Positions 50,337 to 59,240 of a stretch of DNA of 61,077 nucleotides are shown here, one piece after another. Within the stretch, counting starts at the first letter, position 1. Each line of letters opens with the position of its first letter. The stretch comes from an uncultured virus (IMG/VR IMGVR_UViG_3300021960_000026) (taxonomy: Duplodnaviria; Heunggongvirae; Uroviricota; Caudoviricetes): IMG/VR virus record IMGVR_UViG_3300021960_000026; one strand, written 5' to 3'. A program made the translations under genes and the position numbers. The notes beneath the pieces were generated by a model. The model was not told the DNA's origin. It ran no database searches and was given only the letters and a program-made list of their open reading frames with translations.

Positions 50337-51084
50337 CGAATATAAAAGATTTTTCGCATTTGGTTGCAGCCTAACCAAATACTACTGGCCCACGTGGGCC
50401 GACATCATAGCCTCTGAAATTTCTGAATATTACAACTACGCACAGACAGGCGGCGGCAATCTATTCATTAGCAACAGCATAGTAGAAGCAAATCTAACTC
50501 ATAAATTTAACGAGAATGATCTTGTAATTGTTATGTGGAGTAGCATTAGCAGAGAGGATCGTTACAAAAACCGTAAATGGGAAACTCCTGGTAACATTTA
50601 TACACAGGGTGTAATTGATATGGACTTTGTGCATAAATGGTACGATGATAGATTTTACCTAATGAGAGATTTAGCAATAGTAGAACAGTCTAGTGCATAT
50701 TTAAAAAGTTTGACTTGTGATACTGATATGCTGAAAATGGTAGACTTTGAAGAAACCAAGACAAGCGATAGCATAAAGGGAAATCATTTAGAGGACATTT
50801 TGAAATTATATTCAACTACTCTTGAAAAAGTAAAACCGTCAATAGTTGATGTTGTCTATCAAGGTACGTGGCCAGTCATTCCAATACGAGGTTGGGGAGG
50901 TGGAGGTCAAACTGCGGACTATCATCCAACACCAAACGGACATCTAAGATATTTAGAAGAATTTTACACGGTAACCAACAAGATGAAACAGTTTGCTAAC
51001 GAGTTTGACGAACAGGTACTTAAATGTAAAACACTAGATGATACCTTAAAATTCTGGTGTCCTCCGGGAGTATCTAGATTATGA
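50323..51084 (+). CDS. SGNH/GDSL-like hydrolase or acyltransferase
   Basis: FGCSLT block I, GGGN, C-terminal DYHP; start chosen from AAGGA RBS. Confidence 0.55.
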   Translation: MKPFNEYKRFFAFGCSLTKYYWPTWADIIASEISEYYNYAQTGGGNLFISNSIVEANLTHKFNENDLVIVMWSSISREDRYKNRKWETPGNIYTQGVIDMDFVHKWYDDRFYLMRDLAIVEQSSAYLKSLTCDTDMLKMVDFEETKTSDSIKGNHLEDILKLYSTTLEKVKPSIVDVVYQGTWPVIPIRGWGGGGQTADYHPTPNGHLRYLEEFYTVTNKMKQFANEFDEQVLKCKTLDDTLKFWCPPGVSRL

Positions 51085-52241
51085 TGGCCTGTATAAATTC
51101 TAATAAGTTGCTGTATGTAGTAACCTATGACACTAACAATCCGAAAGTAGAAATAATTGAAAGCACTGCGGTGTTACAGCAAAAATGGAAATCGAACAAG
51201 GACTTTTTCTACATTCAGTTTTCAAACGATTTAAGTTTTAAAATTTTTGATATTGCTGATTTAGTTCCGCAGAATGACTTTTTACAAATCAAGGATCCTA
51301 ATTCTAATGTCTATCTAATGTTAGATAATGCATTAGAATATTTTTATTCAAGTGCTGATTCTATATATGAAAATATTGTCATCAAGCATAATGTTCCTGC
51401 AGAAAAAATTATTTTTCTCAGTGCAGTTCCTACTATGCATGAACACATAAAAAAACTAGCAGCAAAGTACAATCTTCCAGAAATAAAATTAGATTGGTTC
51501 AACCTTTTTGAAACAAACGGACAGAATGCAATACGATTATCTCCTGGATTTGAAACTCTGCAAAAGAAACAAAAGTATGAAAAGGCATTTATCTGTCTGA
51601 ATAGAAGATGGAGATTACACAGGCCCTTGATGATTACTTTGTTAAAAGATAAGGGATTAATGGATCGAGGGTATATTAGTTTTGCACCTTCCGACGACAA
51701 TATGGATTGGAAAACTGCATATTCTAGATTAAAAATGATGTACGCTAATCATTCATTGATAAATCCAATTCTAGAAAGAAATGAGGATATCATAAAGATG
51801 CCTCCTCTCTATTTGGACCAAACAGATTTAGTAACCAATCGAGCAGAGCATGAAGAAACAATTAATGAATATTATTTGAATACCTACTTTAGTTTAATTA
51901 ACGAAACAACGTACCATGAAGGAGTTCCTTTCTTTAGCGAAAAAACATTCAAAGCAATTGGAATGGGTCATCCTTTTGTAGTAGCAACAACTCCTAACAG
52001 TTTGCAGTATCTTAGAAAGTTAGGATACAGAACTTTTCATCCTTTTATTGATGAATCCTATGATCAGATAATGGACGACGGAAAAAGAATGGTAGCAATA
52101 GTTAATGAAGCAGAACGTCTATCCAAAATGGACAAACAAGAATTTAAAAACTGGAGAGTTAACGTAAAACCAATAGTAGAACATAACAAGAGATTGTTAA
52201 AATCAAAGCGTGATAATTCAACGCCTGTGAACTATAACTAG
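51081..52241 (+). CDS. Putative GT-B/GT10-like glycosyltransferase (paralog of 49095-50336)
   Basis: LNRRWRLHR and INET...FSEKTFKAIGMGHPF...GYRTF..DESYD. Confidence 0.45.
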   Translation: MMACINSNKLLYVVTYDTNNPKVEIIESTAVLQQKWKSNKDFFYIQFSNDLSFKIFDIADLVPQNDFLQIKDPNSNVYLMLDNALEYFYSSADSIYENIVIKHNVPAEKIIFLSAVPTMHEHIKKLAAKYNLPEIKLDWFNLFETNGQNAIRLSPGFETLQKKQKYEKAFICLNRRWRLHRPLMITLLKDKGLMDRGYISFAPSDDNMDWKTAYSRLKMMYANHSLINPILERNEDIIKMPPLYLDQTDLVTNRAEHEETINEYYLNTYFSLINETTYHEGVPFFSEKTFKAIGMGHPFVVATTPNSLQYLRKLGYRTFHPFIDESYDQIMDDGKRMVAIVNEAERLSKMDKQEFKNWRVNVKPIVEHNKRLLKSKRDNSTPVNYN

Positions 52242-52247
52242 TACCGT

Positions 52248-52263
52248 TTTAAGGCGCCTTAAA
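52248..52263. repeat. Perfect 16-bp palindrome TTTAAGGCGCCTTAAA
   Basis: Read directly; related TTTAA(A)(G)GCG words near 52268 and 52336. Confidence 0.8.
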
Positions 52264-52397
52264 CGCATTTTAAGCGTCATACAGCGGTGTTATTAGGTGC
52301 TGTGCTATAGTTGAACCCTGTAGCAATAAACCAGGTTTAAAAGGCGTTTAAATGTATCTTTGTAAATACTTTTGGAACAACAGTAAAGGAAAAATAG

Positions 52398-53579
52398 ATG
52401 AAAATTGGATTTATTGGACTGGGTAAATTGGGCCTTCCCTGCGCAGAAGTAATAGCCCAAAAAGGACATGATGTTACAGGTTATGATATCATCGATGTAA
52501 AAACAGAATTAGTCCAATTTAAGACTACCATAGAAGAGTGTGTTAGGGATAGAGAAATTGTTTTTGTAGCCGTTCCTACTCCACACGATCCAGCATATGA
52601 TGGACGAGCTCCAACAGCACACCTACAACCAAAAGACTTTTCATACGATATTGTTCATAGTGTTCTCAAAGAAGCAAATGAATACATGAACAAGGATCAA
52701 CTGCTTGTTCTTATTTCAACAGTACTGCCTGGTACAACACGCAGAGAGTTTATACAACACATTACCAATACTAGATTTGTTTATAATCCATACCTAATCG
52801 CAATGGGAACAGTTGCTTGGGACATGGTTAATCCAGACATCGTGATGATAGGAACGGATGATGGAAGTGCCACTGGTGATGCGATTGAACTGGTTAGATT
52901 CTATCATACAATTATGGAAAACAATCCAAAGTATGAAATTGGAACTTGGGATGAATGCGAATGCATAAAGGTATTTTATAACACCTTCATTTCGACCAAG
53001 ATTGGATTGGTTAACATGATGCAGGACGTTGCCGAAAGGCAGGGCAACATTAATGTTGACAAGGTTACTGAAGCACTATCAAACTGCACAAAGAGAATTA
53101 CAAGTTCTGCATACATGAAAGCAGGTATGGGCGACGGTGGCGGATGTCATCCAAGAGATAACATTGCACTACGCTATATGGCAGATAAATTAAATCTAGG
53201 CTATGATTTATTTGATGCTGTTATGAACGCAAGAGAAAAGCAAGCCAAGAACATGGCCGCAAAGTTAGTTGCTATTTCCAAGGAAAGAAATTTACCAATT
53301 CTACTAAATGGCGTTGCATATAAACCAGGCGTTCCGTATCAGGACGGTAGTTACAGTTTATTAGTAGGACATTATTGTCACGAACTAGGTCGAGGTCCAA
53401 TGACCATTGATCCTGCGATTGATTTGGGTGGCGGCCAGGAGTTTAGAGCAGTCGTGTTACTTGCACATCCTGAACTTTATGTTAAGTTAACCAATGACAG
53501 TGTCGTTGTTGATCCTTGGAGACAATACTCTTCGGACAAGCACTTGGTTATTCATTACGGAAATACTAGAAAAAATTAA
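52398..53579 (+). CDS. ugd: UDP-glucose/GDP-mannose 6-dehydrogenase family
   Basis: GxGxxG, VPTP, ISTVLPGT, YNP, KVFYN, GGGCHPRD. Confidence 0.88.
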   Translation: MKIGFIGLGKLGLPCAEVIAQKGHDVTGYDIIDVKTELVQFKTTIEECVRDREIVFVAVPTPHDPAYDGRAPTAHLQPKDFSYDIVHSVLKEANEYMNKDQLLVLISTVLPGTTRREFIQHITNTRFVYNPYLIAMGTVAWDMVNPDIVMIGTDDGSATGDAIELVRFYHTIMENNPKYEIGTWDECECIKVFYNTFISTKIGLVNMMQDVAERQGNINVDKVTEALSNCTKRITSSAYMKAGMGDGGGCHPRDNIALRYMADKLNLGYDLFDAVMNAREKQAKNMAAKLVAISKERNLPILLNGVAYKPGVPYQDGSYSLLVGHYCHELGRGPMTIDPAIDLGGGQEFRAVVLLAHPELYVKLTNDSVVVDPWRQYSSDKHLVIHYGNTRKN

Positions 53580-53881
53580 AGAATATTATTAGTTCTTTTC
53601 TTGATATCTGCCTTAAGCATTTCAATATCAATTTTAAAATCTAACTTTTTGATTGTGTCTTTGTACTCTGAAAGAGTACCTAAAAGTTTTTTGGCAACGG
53701 CATCTGGATGATTTGATTTCAATTGTTCTTTGATATCAATCTCCCATATTCTACCATCTTTAAATTCCAAAATCATTACGTCAACGTAAGCGACCGGCAT
53801 GGTGTCCATATATAAATCTTCGAACACCTCCGGCCACTCTTTAACTAAATGTTTCGGCGGTTTAAAATATTGCCTATGCAC
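53576..53881 (-). CDS. Hypothetical protein
   Basis: Last ORF of minus block; stop overlaps the ugd stop. Confidence 0.65.
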   Translation of the reverse strand: MHRQYFKPPKHLVKEWPEVFEDLYMDTMPVAYVDVMILEFKDGRIWEIDIKEQLKSNHPDAVAKKLLGTLSEYKDTIKKLDFKIDIEMLKADIKKRTNNIL

Positions 53882-53884
53882 GGC

Positions 53885-54514
53885 TTACGCTTCTGCAGAG
53901 GCCTTTTCTTTCGAAGAAGTTTTCTTCTTCGGTGGATCTAATTCATCTGCTTCGCGACGCAATCTTGCTGCTTCTTTGTACATAGCATCTGCTTGGCTGC
54001 GATAAGATCTAGCAAGATCTGAATCAGAAAGAACACCGTCGGTTGCTGGTGCTGCTACTGGTTCTTCGCTAGGTAATGTTTCAGTTGCCGGAGTAGCAGT
54101 TTCACCTGATTTAGGTGCGCCACTTACGAATGTATATAATTCGTCAATGCTTACATTGCGCTGTTCTGCAATTAGAACATTAAGTTCTGAAAGTAAAATT
54201 TCACTTACTGGAGTAGGTGTCATTTTAACTGTATCAGTCGCAACTTTTTTCAAACGTCCTTCTGCCTGAACTGCTGTTAGCATATTAGTTCCGTTAGGAA
54301 AACTTCTAGTGAACATAATTTCACCGAGTTCGTTTGACTGTTGTCCTTGTTCAGAATCAATTAATTCCATTAAGGAATTGTGTTGATCGTCTCTTAATGT
54401 TGCTGTAGGTAAAACTAACGCCATGTTAGATTCACCAGGAACGGTTCTAAATACAACGGCAACTTTCTCACCGGTGTTTACAATCTTTCCTACGTGTTTA
54501 GTGTCTTTAGCCAT
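53885..54514 (-). CDS. Hypothetical protein
   Basis: 209-aa ORF in tightly packed block. Confidence 0.7.
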   Translation of the reverse strand: MAKDTKHVGKIVNTGEKVAVVFRTVPGESNMALVLPTATLRDDQHNSLMELIDSEQGQQSNELGEIMFTRSFPNGTNMLTAVQAEGRLKKVATDTVKMTPTPVSEILLSELNVLIAEQRNVSIDELYTFVSGAPKSGETATPATETLPSEEPVAAPATDGVLSDSDLARSYRSQADAMYKEAARLRREADELDPPKKKTSSKEKASAEA

Positions 54515-54801
54515 TATTTTTCACCTTGTTGTGCTTGTTGTTGTTTGGTAACATGTTCTAAAAATGCAGTTAACTTATTGTAAGTTTTTCCAACTGCTTC
54601 TAGTTCATTTGCTTTAAATGCACCTCTAGTTGTAGCAATATCGATGATGCTACGAACAGCATTTAGATCGTTTACATTTAAATCAGGACCTGCTGCTTCT
54701 TGAGCAACCCCTGGTGTTGGAACAGGACCGCTTGCCGGCGCTGCCGTTGTTTCAGAAGCAGGTGCTTCTGTTACATTTTCGTTTTTAGTTTCTTCCGCCA
54801 T
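54514..54801 (-). CDS. Hypothetical protein
   Basis: 95 aa, Ala/Pro-rich N-terminus, RGAFKANEL motif, AGGAG RBS. Confidence 0.7.
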   Translation of the reverse strand: MAEETKNENVTEAPASETTAAPASGPVPTPGVAQEAAGPDLNVNDLNAVRSIIDIATTRGAFKANELEAVGKTYNKLTAFLEHVTKQQQAQQGEK

Positions 54802-55074
54802 TTAGTTTCTCCTTAGATATGGGCATGCTAACATAAAGTATGTTAACTCTTTTTGTTCTTCAAACCCCACAAATGTGGATGTATGAAATTTATTTTCTTC
54901 GTTAACAGAAGGATAAGTCACAATGCAATATCTTCCTGTTAGTTTAGATTTAATCCAATTAATAATGTTTTGATCAGCCCTTTCGCTGTTTCCAATTTTG
55001 GTTTTTGAAAAATGCGGAGGCATGGTTTTTAACTGCCGTGAATTTAAAACATCAAGTGGATTAAGTTCTATCAT
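54802..55074 (-). CDS. Hypothetical protein
   Basis: 90 aa; TATAAATA at 55087-55080, 5 nt before ATG. Confidence 0.7.
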   Translation of the reverse strand: MIELNPLDVLNSRQLKTMPPHFSKTKIGNSERADQNIINWIKSKLTGRYCIVTYPSVNEENKFHTSTFVGFEEQKELTYFMLACPYLRRN

Positions 55075-55098
55075 GTAATTATTTATAAAGTGCTACTA

Positions 55099-55497
55099 TT
55101 ACTCTGACAATTCTTGGCTGAGTCTTTTGGACAATGCTTTGTTATATCCCAATTTTTGGACATCACCACTGAATAGATACAGTTCAAAAGCAGACTTCTC
55201 CTTTAATACAGTTATTGCTCTTCTAGTAATATAATATGGTGATTCTATATAGTTGTCAAGCCATAAAAGCACCTGCGGTGTTACAGAAAAATTTTTTGGA
55301 AAGTCTACTTTATAGGTTTTGATTTGTGCAGTTAACTCTATGAAATTAAGTGCCTCGTCTGTCAAACGAAGTCCGCCGGATTCTTTGGATCTAACATTCC
55401 ACCACCAACCAGATCTTTTTTCTTTTATAATATCTTCGGTGATGTCTTGATTTGCTGCTTTTAGAAAAACTCTCGTATAATTATCTTTAATGTCCAT
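55099..55497 (-). CDS. Hypothetical protein
   Basis: WWWN...GLRLT motif; start moved to ATG (MDIKD). Confidence 0.65.
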   Translation of the reverse strand: MDIKDNYTRVFLKAANQDITEDIIKEKRSGWWWNVRSKESGGLRLTDEALNFIELTAQIKTYKVDFPKNFSVTPQVLLWLDNYIESPYYITRRAITVLKEKSAFELYLFSGDVQKLGYNKALSKRLSQELSE

Positions 55498-55501
55498 TCC
55501 A

Positions 55502-55783
55502 CTATTCTTTATCTCCGGTAGTAAGTCTGTACACTGAAAAATCATTTGTGTTAAAGAGTTTGTTAAGTTTCTTGGCTAAGTTTCTAGCGTGTCCTGGATT
55601 AGAAAATGAGACCTTTTTATATTTAGGACCAGGATAACTAGCAACAGCACTTCCACTTTTTAGATTGAAAGGTTTATCCTTGTAAAACACTGCCCAAATG
55701 GCATCGCTCTCGAGAATCTGTTCCACTTTGTATGTTTCTCGATTAGTGTGTTCGAGAATTATTGTTGGTTTTGGTCTGCTCAT
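55502..55783 (-). CDS. Hypothetical basic protein
   Basis: MSRPKP...PKYKKVSFSNPGHA; ATAAATA at 55820-55814. Confidence 0.7.
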   Translation of the reverse strand: MSRPKPTIILEHTNRETYKVEQILESDAIWAVFYKDKPFNLKSGSAVASYPGPKYKKVSFSNPGHARNLAKKLNKLFNTNDFSVYRLTTGDKE

Positions 55784-55816
55784 ATATACGTAATTCCTAG
55801 TTAACTACGTATATAT
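55782..55816 (-). promoter_or_regulatory. 11-bp perfect hairpin enclosing the RBS and overlapping start codon and late promoter
   Basis: ATATATACGTA (55782-55792) / TACGTATATAT (55806-55816), 13-nt loop containing AGGA. Confidence 0.6.
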
Positions 55817-55826
55817 TTATCCTTTC

Positions 55827-56075
55827 TTAGAAGGAACCGCCGTCAAACTTTACGTCAACTTCAGTGCTAGATTTCTTTATTTCCTTTAGAAGTGCGTGTA
55901 TTTCGCCTATAGTGCTGCCTAGTTTTGTTGTAAGCAAGGATAGTTCTGTTGTAAGATCACGTGCTTCTTGTATGGTAATTCTAACCTCTTTTTGTTGCGA
56001 TCTTTCAGCAACAGCAATTCGCTGTAGCAGTTTTTCAACAGTTGCTAGATTTACAGGAACATTATTTTGAGACAT
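55827..56075 (-). CDS. Hypothetical protein
   Basis: 82-aa helical ORF ending DGGSF. Confidence 0.65.
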   Translation of the reverse strand: MSQNNVPVNLATVEKLLQRIAVAERSQQKEVRITIQEARDLTTELSLLTTKLGSTIGEIHALLKEIKKSSTEVDVKFDGGSF

Positions 56076-56538
56076 TTGATAATACCTGTTTCATTTCTAG
56101 TTCAGTTTTGAAAGGACCTCTGTACTCATATCTTTGTAAAGTAATTAGTTTAGGGCAGAAACTTTTTACCCAACCTTTTTCAAATCTAATAGTATAGTAA
56201 CCTGCACAATACAAACTCTTTGAATCCTTACTCTTTGTAAAGAGAGGAAGTTTCTTCTGTATATCATACATTGCATTATGCGGAATGGTGCTAGATGCAA
56301 ATCCATGCACTTCCTTAGGATTAGAATTATCTGCTTCCTTGATAATCTTAGCAACAAAAAAATCGTTTCCAAACTGTTCGGTAAGATTTTTCTTAGTGTT
56401 GAAGATTGTAATTCCTTCCTCATTACTTAGAATAAATTTATTCTCTTCATTCTTTCTTAGTGTGGCAACTCTCACACCATCATTTTCAACGATCCAAAAT
56501 TTATTATCAATAATGGGTTTTGCTTGAATCAATGCCAT
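56062..56538 (-). CDS. Hypothetical protein
   Basis: 158 aa, GGAGG RBS. Confidence 0.7.
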   Translation of the reverse strand: MALIQAKPIIDNKFWIVENDGVRVATLRKNEENKFILSNEEGITIFNTKKNLTEQFGNDFFVAKIIKEADNSNPKEVHGFASSTIPHNAMYDIQKKLPLFTKSKDSKSLYCAGYYTIRFEKGWVKSFCPKLITLQRYEYRGPFKTELEMKQVLSNVSK

Positions 56539-56539
56539 A

Positions 56540-57559
56540 TTATCCTCCTAAAACTTTTTCGACTGCATCGTCATATCTTGCATTAAGAGGCTCAGCATAA
56601 GCCTGTGCTTGATCTGATATTTTCTTTAGATCATAAAGATTACAGAACTTCATTAATCTAATACCAACCTGACTTACATTCTTGTTTGAATTTGTTGCAG
56701 TTGAAATTGTTTCTTTAATAACGTTCTTAATGTCATCTGGCTGATGCTTAAGATCAATTAACTGTCGATTTCTTTCATAATCTTCTAGCACACGATGTTC
56801 TTTACCTTCGTGATCAACCCAACGCTGTAACATCAAGTTATTCCAATTGAAACCTTTTGTTTGTCTATCAGCAAATGCCTCCATCAAACCTACCTTGTTC
56901 TTTGTGCCTTTCTTACGCACACCTGGATATGCACTAAACACATTATCACTTGTGTCGCCTCGCATACATTTTTCAAACAATAGCCACTCTGGATCTGGAA
57001 CAGCCTTAGACTCTTTTGTTTTCTTGTCAATTACAGGAAGGCCTTTCTTATCAAAATAGCCTTCGTGTGTAGTTGTAACTTCCTGCACACCGTTATATAA
57101 TTTAACATTAGGTGCAATTAATTGTTGGAAATCAGTATCAGTTGAAATAATAACGTGTTCTGTATCAGGATGTTGTTGAATCCAGCCTGCAATCAAATCA
57201 TCTGCTTCTAGTTGTGAATGCTGTAATACTGTACAGTTTGTTTTATCTGTAACGAATTCTTTGAATGTATCAAATGCTTCCCAAAATACAGTTTCTTCTT
57301 CCTGCTGTTTTTCAGTAAGGGCCGCACGAGCATCTGAACGATTACGCTTGTAAGGCTCATAATAATCCTTACGCCAACTACGTCCTTCTAAACAGAAAAC
57401 AACATGGGTACCATTAAAGTCCTGCCATGCTTTCTTAATGCTATTAAGTGTAATATGGAAAGCCATGCCCAACTTAATGTCAGCATCGCCATTAATTACA
57501 TGCCTCGCACGAAAGAACGTGTTTGCAGTATCTACTATTATATGACACATTTTACTCAT
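56540..57559 (-). CDS. rnh: RNase H / 5'-3' exonuclease (T4 rnh-like, FEN family)
   Basis: IVDTAN, WRKDYY..YK.NR, EADD, STDTDF.QL, GDTSDNV; start 57559 or 57550. Confidence 0.88.
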   Translation of the reverse strand: MSKMCHIIVDTANTFFRARHVINGDADIKLGMAFHITLNSIKKAWQDFNGTHVVFCLEGRSWRKDYYEPYKRNRSDARAALTEKQQEEETVFWEAFDTFKEFVTDKTNCTVLQHSQLEADDLIAGWIQQHPDTEHVIISTDTDFQQLIAPNVKLYNGVQEVTTTHEGYFDKKGLPVIDKKTKESKAVPDPEWLLFEKCMRGDTSDNVFSAYPGVRKKGTKNKVGLMEAFADRQTKGFNWNNLMLQRWVDHEGKEHRVLEDYERNRQLIDLKHQPDDIKNVIKETISTATNSNKNVSQVGIRLMKFCNLYDLKKISDQAQAYAEPLNARYDDAVEKVLGG

Positions 57560-57902
57560 TTTCTCTTTTAACAGCACTAGCATCAATAGAGCCAGTGTTT
57601 AGTGGGCCTCCATAGTCACCATCGACTACAACGTTTGCACAAAGTTCACGGAACCAACGATCAACAATTTCTTCATCCTTGTCGCCTTCTACACCGTATC
57701 CTTCATTTCTTAATTGTACTATGAAATACTCGTTCCAGTCAAGTTCAAAGAATCCATTTCGAACATTTTCTTTGTTAACATGAGTATTCAAAACACTTAT
57801 CCAAGGTTCCTTCTTCATAGTAGCCTTTTCTTTGTCTGTAAGTCCTGGCTTAGATGTGTCTGGTTCCTTGTTCTTCTTAAACAACTTCTTAATAAAGTCC
57901 AT
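57552..57902 (-). CDS. Hypothetical protein
   Basis: EPW...GFFELDWN..F motif; start at MDFIKK after AAGGA. Confidence 0.7.
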   Translation of the reverse strand: MDFIKKLFKKNKEPDTSKPGLTDKEKATMKKEPWISVLNTHVNKENVRNGFFELDWNEYFIVQLRNEGYGVEGDKDEEIVDRWFRELCANVVVDGDYGGPLNTGSIDASAVKRENE

Positions 57903-57912
57903 ATTGTTTTCC

Positions 57913-58833
57913 TTATGTTCCGATAGCATTACCAAACAAGTACACATGCACTCTTGCAGCCACATTGTATCCTCGCTGGAAAGCCATCTTAGCAACAGAA
58001 CCGGCTGTTGCAGTTTGCTCTTCTTCTCTAGCACCAACGGGCATTACCCAAATTGGATAATCTATTCCCTGTGCCTTGAATTGTGAGATTACCTGTTCCA
58101 TTTCATCCCACTGTTGCTGTTCGGAACCAACAACAAATTTTAATTGTCCTCTATCTGACAAGTTTCTATATTCTGCTACTGCCTCAGGCTTAATTGCCTT
58201 CTTAGCAGTTTCTCCCGCCACACTCCAAAGTTTAGGACTCACGCTAAAGAACAATTCGACATCCTTGGTAATCGGATTGTCAATATACCAAAATTCTTTA
58301 AACTCCTGTGTAAGTTCCTGTGTGCCATTAGTTTCAAATGTAACACTAGCAGGCATATTGCCTAAACGTTTAAATTCTGTCATGATACCAATGAACGCTT
58401 CTTGTGCGTGTTTCATTAACGGCTCACCACCTGTAACACAGAAGTGTTGTCTTTGTCCTGTTACAGGATGTAAAAATTTGCCCTCTGGATTGGAATCTGT
58501 CTTTAACACATTAATAATGTCATGTGCAAGTTCAACGGCAGTTTTTTGTCCCATTAAGTGTTTAAACTTCTTGCTCCAAGTATAACTGCTATCGCAACCT
58601 TTCTCCCATACAGGCAAGTCTTCAACTCTCTTAACTTGGCTCACATCATAGTGTTCAAATGGCAAATCATATGTGTCTGGATTAGTAGGATCAATCTGTC
58701 CAAAGCCATTACACTGTAGATTACATAAGAAAAAACGTATCCAAGCAGTAGGCACACCTGTATAGTGTCCTTCACCTTGAATACTGTGAAAGATTTCGCT
58801 ATAATAATATTTTTTATCAGTTGCTATTGTCAT
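57913..58833 (-). CDS. queE: 7-carboxy-7-deazaguanine synthase QueE-like radical SAM enzyme
   Basis: EIFHSIQGEG..TG.P...IRF..CNL.C, CDS, TGGEP, ETNGT, SPKL, KFVV, R.H...FGN. Confidence 0.85.
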   Translation of the reverse strand: MTIATDKKYYYSEIFHSIQGEGHYTGVPTAWIRFFLCNLQCNGFGQIDPTNPDTYDLPFEHYDVSQVKRVEDLPVWEKGCDSSYTWSKKFKHLMGQKTAVELAHDIINVLKTDSNPEGKFLHPVTGQRQHFCVTGGEPLMKHAQEAFIGIMTEFKRLGNMPASVTFETNGTQELTQEFKEFWYIDNPITKDVELFFSVSPKLWSVAGETAKKAIKPEAVAEYRNLSDRGQLKFVVGSEQQQWDEMEQVISQFKAQGIDYPIWVMPVGAREEEQTATAGSVAKMAFQRGYNVAARVHVYLFGNAIGT

Positions 58834-59023
58834 TGTCTTTATTATACGCTTTCTCTTGCTCGTTGTCAACCTTTTTAGACAGCGAAAAACTGCCATTAAA
58901 GTTGTCAGTCCAAACCAAATCGTCACCTATATCCCAACCCATTTGGTTCAATAATTCTGTGGGTAGGGGAAGAACCAAATCGCCAGTATCTGGATCTTCC
59001 TCAACTGTTACTGTATGTTTCAA
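58817..59023 (-). CDS. AbrB/MazE-like small DNA-binding protein
   Basis: LVLPLP.ELL..MGW..GD.L swapped-hairpin pattern. Confidence 0.55.
   Translation of the reverse strand: MKHTVTVEEDPDTGDLVLPLPTELLNQMGWDIGDDLVWTDNFNGSFSLSKKVDNEQEKAYNKDNDNSN
58841..58869 (-). promoter_or_regulatory. Perfect-consensus sigma70 promoter upstream of queE
   Basis: TTGACA (58869-58864), 17 nt, TATAAT (58846-58841); ATG 7 nt downstream. Confidence 0.8.
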
Positions 59024-59033
59024 AGTAATCTCC

Positions 59034-59240
59034 TTAGAAATACTTCTTTAACACTTCAATTTCGTCATGATATTTTGCAATAATATCCAACTCTTTTTCA
59101 ATTGCTTCCAAAATATCTGGATGTTCTCCAATCCCCGCTGGATTGTTTAGATACACTTCGACATTCATCTTGTGCTTTTGAATATGGCCTTCTGCGTGTG
59201 ATACTAATGCGTTTATCATTTCGTCTCTATTAATTGCCAT
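59034..59240 (-). CDS. Small hypothetical phage protein
   Basis: NVEVYL.NP.GIGEH.DI motif. Confidence 0.65.
   Translation of the reverse strand: MAINRDEMINALVSHAEGHIQKHKMNVEVYLNNPAGIGEHPDILEAIEKELDIIAKYHDEIEVLKKYF

Noticed and set aside
7695..51700. Numerous short antisense or out-of-frame ORFs within structural and glycan genes
   Set aside because: Nested in long motif-bearing genes; typical shadows of biased codon usage
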